Assembly (NCBI GenBank): GCA_032718475.1
Contig: JAUCBJ010006757.1
Location: forward strand, 18,822-82,821
Length of the DNA stretch: 64,000 bases
Reading direction: 5' to 3'
Source of the DNA: Nemertoderma westbladi
Taxonomy: Eukaryota > Animalia > Xenacoelomorpha
The notes beneath the pieces were generated by a model. That model had not been told where the DNA came from and did no database searches. It worked only from the letters and a program-made list of their open reading frames with translations. The position numbers and the translations under genes were made by a program. Of the stretch, positions 60,143-64,000 are shown piece by piece; the stretch's first letter is position 1, and each line of letters opens with the position of its first letter.

Positions 60143-63100
60143 GTAAGTAACCGGTACAGATACTGTACCGAGAGCAAGGTAAGTAACCGGTACAGATACT
60201 GTACCGAGAGCAAGGTAAGTAACCGGTACCGGTACTGTTCCGAGAGCAAGGTAAGTAACCGATACTGTACCGAGAGCAAGGTAAGTAACACCGGTACCGG
60301 TACTGTACCGAGAGCAAGGTAAGTAACCGGTACAGATACTGTACCGAGAGCAAGGTAAGTAACCGGTACCGGTACTGTACCGAGAGCAAGGTAAGTAACC
60401 GATACTGTACCGAGAGCAAGGTAAGTAACACCGGTACCGGTACTGTTCCGAGAGCAAGGTAAGTAACACCGGTACCGGTACTGTTCCGAGAGCAAGGTAA
60501 GTAACCGGTACCGGTACTGTTCCGAGAGCAAGGTAAGTAACCGGTACAGATACTGTACCGAGAGCAAGGTAAGTAACCGGTACAGATACTGTACCGAGAG
60601 CAAGGTAAGTAACCGGTACAGTACCGAGAGCAAGGTAAGTAACCGGTACCGGTACTGTTCCGAGAGCAAGGTAAGTAACCGATACTGTACCGAGAGCAAG
60701 GTAAGTAACACCGGTACCGGTACTGTACCGAGAGCAAGGTAAGTAACCGGTACAGATACTGTACCGAGAGCAAGGTAAGTAACACCGGTACCGGTACTGT
60801 TCCGAGAGTAAGGTAAGTAACCGGTACCGGTACTGTTCCGAGAGCAAGGTAAGTAACCAATACTGTACCGAGAGCAAGGTAAGTAACACCGGTACCGGTA
60901 CTGTTCCGAGAGCAAGGTAAGTAACCGGTACCGGTACTGTTCCGAGAGCAAGGTAAGTAACCGATACTGTACCGAGAGCAAGGTAAGTAACACCGGTACC
61001 GGTACTGTTCCGAGAGCAAGGTAAGTAACCGGTACCGGTACTGTTCCGAGAGCAAGGTAAGTAACCGATACTGTACCGAGAGCAAGGTAAGTAACACCGG
61101 TACCGGTACTGTTCCGAGAGCAAGGTAAGTAACCGGTACCGGTACTGTTCCGAGAGCAAGGAAATTAACCGATACTGTACCGAGAGCAAGGTAAGTAACC
61201 GGTACCGGTACTGTACCGAGAGCAAGGTAAGTAACACCGGTACCGGTACTGTACCGAGAGCAAGGTAAATAACCGGTACCGGTACTGTACCGAGAGCAAG
61301 GTAAGTAACCGGCACTGTACCGAGAGCAAGGTAAGTAACCGGTACCGGTACTGTACCGAGAGCAAGGTAAGTAACCGGTACAGATACTGTACCGAGAGCA
61401 AGGTAAGTAACCGGTACCGGTACTGTACCGAGAGCAAGGTAAGTAACCGGTACCGGTACTGTTCCGAGAGCAAGGTAAGTAACCGATACTGTACCGAGGG
61501 CAAGGTAAGTAACACCGGTAGCGGTACTGTACCGAGAGCAAGGTAAATAACCGGTACCGGTACTGTACCGAGAGCAAGGTAAGTAACCGGCACTGTACCG
61601 AGAGCAAGGTAAGTAACCGGTACCGGTACTGTACCGAGAGCAAGGTAAGTAACACCGGTACAGATACTGTACCGAGAGCAAGGTAAGTAACCGGTACCGA
61701 TACTGTACCGAGAGCAAGGTAAGTAACCGGTACAGATACTGTACCGAGAGCAAGGTAAGTAACCGGTACCGGTGCTGTACCGAGAGCAAGGTAAGTAACC
61801 GGTACAGATACTGTACCGAGAGCAAGGTAAGTAACCGGTACAGTACCGAGAGCAAGGTAAGTAACCGGTACCGGTACTGTACCGAGAGCAAGGTAAGTAA
61901 CCGGTACAGTACCGAGAGCAAGGTAAGTAACCGGTACCGGTACTGTACCGAGAGCAAGGTAAGTAACCGGTACCGGTACTGTACCGAGAGCAAGGTAAGT
62001 AACCGGTACCGATACTGTACCGAGAGCAAGGTAAGTAACCGGTACCGATACTGTACCGAGAGCAAGGTAAGTAACCGGTACAGTAACCAGAGCAAGGTAA
62101 GTAACCGGTACCGGTACTGTACCGAGAGCAAGGTAAGTAACCGGTACAGGTACTGTACCGAGAGCAAGGTAAGTAACCGGTACAGGTACTGTACCGAGAG
62201 CAAGGTAAGTAACCGGTACCGATACTGTACCGAGAGCAAGGTAAGTAACCGGTACCGATACTGTACCGAGAGCAAGGTAAGTAACCGGTACAGTAACCAG
62301 AGCAAGGTAAGTAACCGGTACCGATACTGTACCGAGAGCAAGGTAAGTAACCGGTACCGATACTGTACCGAGAGCAAGGTAAGTAACCGGTACAGTACCG
62401 AGAGCAAGGTAAGTAACCGGTACCGGTACTGTACCGAGAGCAAGGTAAGTAACCGGTACCGATACTGTACCGAGAGCAAGGTAAGTAACCGGTACCGGTA
62501 CTGTACCGAGAGCAAGGTAAGTAACCGGTACCGGTACTGTACCGAGAGCAAGGTAAGTAACCGGTACCGATACTGTACCGAGAGCAAGGTAAGTAACCGG
62601 TACCGATACTGTACCGAGAGCAAGGTAAGTAACCGGTACCGGTACTGTACCGAGAGCAAGGTAAGTAACTGGTACCGGTACTGTAACTAGAGCAAGGTAA
62701 ATAACCGGTACCGATACTGTACCGAGAGCAAGGTAAGTAACCGGTACCGATACTGTACCGAGAGCAAAGTAAGTAACCGGTACAGTACCGAGAGCAAGGT
62801 AAGTAACCGGTACCGGTACTGTACCGAGAGCAAGGTAAGTAACCGGTACTGTACCGAGAGCAAGGTAAGTAACCGGTGCCGATACTGAACCGAGAGCAAG
62901 GTAAGTAACCGGTACAGTATCGAGAGCAAGGTAAGTAACCGGTACCGATACTGTACCGAGAGCAAGGTAAGTAACCGGTACCGATACTGTACCGAGAGCA
63001 AGGTAAGTAATACCGAGAGCAAGGTAAGTAACCGGTACCGGTACTGTACCGAGAGCAAGGTAAGTAACCGGTACTGTACCGAGAGCAAGGTAAGTAATAC

Positions 63101-63829
63101 CGAGTGTAAGGTAAGTAACCGGTACCGGTACTGTACCGAGAGCAAGGTAAGTAACCGGTACAGTACCGAGAGCAAGGTAAGTAACCGGTACCGATACTGT
63201 ACCGAGAGCAAGGTAAGTAACCGGTACCGGTACTGTACCGAGAGCAAGGTAAGTAACCGGTACAGTACCGAGAGCAAGGTAAGTAACCGGTACTGTACCG
63301 AGAGCAAGGTAAGTAACCGGTACCGGTACTGTACCGAGAGCAAGGTAAGTAACCGGTACCGATACTGTACCGAGAGCAAGGTAAGGAACCGGTACCGATA
63401 CTGTACCGAGAGCAAGGCAAGTAACCGGTACAGTACCGAGAGCAAGGTAAGTAACCGGTACTGTACCGAGAGCAAGGTAAGTAACCGGTACCGGTACTGT
63501 ACCGAGAGCAAGGTACGTAACCGGTGCCGGTACTGTACCGAGAGCAAGGTAAGTAACCGGTACCGGTACTGTACCGAGAGCAAGGCAAGTAACAGGTACC
63601 GGTACTGTACCGAGAGCAAGGTAAGTAACCGGTACCGATACTGTACCGAGAGCAAGGTAAGTAACCGGTACAGTACCGAGAGCAAGGTAAGTGACCGGTA
63701 CTGTACCGAGAGCAAGGTAAGTAACCGGTACCGGTACTGTACCGAGAGCAAGGCAAGTAACAGGTACCGGTACTGTACCGAGAGCAAGGTAAGTAACCGG
63801 TACCGATACTGTACCGAGAGCAAGGTAAG
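60133..63829. repeat. ~30-38 bp minisatellite (CGAGAGCAAGGTAAGTAACCGGTACCGGTACTGTAC), ~100 units
   Basis: Tandem array whose first unit is the exon 3' end plus the splice donor. Confidence 0.97.
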
Positions 63830-64000
63830 CCCAACTCTAAGACACTACTTCCGTATGGTAAGCGAGTTGGGATGCAACAGAGCTTACACATTAAATCCGG
63901 AGCCCGGAGGTTACTGCGGTTTACAATATGAGCTCCGGTCGGTACCGGTGCCGGAGATTGGGGATTTTGATAATTCCAATTGGTCACTGCATCGCCGCAC

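Noticed and set aside
60133-63829. CRISPR-like array of ~36-bp repeats
   Set aside because: There are no unique spacers and no cas genes, and the context is eukaryotic.
60010-63987. Long minus-strand ORFs (327-940 aa)
   Set aside because: They are translations of a stop-free minisatellite in all three frames, not protein genes.

Overview
Repeat-rich, AT-rich eukaryotic (metazoan-looking) DNA. Host genes: an intronless phosphoserine aminotransferase (25419-26522, +) and the first two coding exons of an hnRNP K-like gene (59452-60142, +). Two related BEL/Pao LTR retrotransposons lie on the minus strand. Element 1 is a full-length 16-kb copy (7193-23253, TSD CTGCC) with an intact ~2720-aa Gag-Pol. 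Element 2 is a younger, internally deleted 10.6-kb copy (35293-45889, TSD ATATG) encoding Gag plus protease only. Neither has a tRNA-type (TGG...) primer-binding site. Instead, the 11 nt just inside each 5' LTR are the reverse complement of an 11-mer at a homologous position in the element's own LTR, and both differences between the elements are compensatory. This is the signature of Tf1-type self-priming, here in a BEL/Pao lineage. Both elements also carry a non-env accessory ORF with conserved termini and a swapped middle (a triple CCHC zinc-knuckle module in element 2). The rest is RTE-like and CR1/L2-like LINE fragments, nested 8-bp-TSD (hAT-type) non-autonomous elements and several minisatellites. 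One minisatellite is a ~100-fold amplification of the hnRNP K exon/intron splice-donor junction. All alignments and counts were done by eye.
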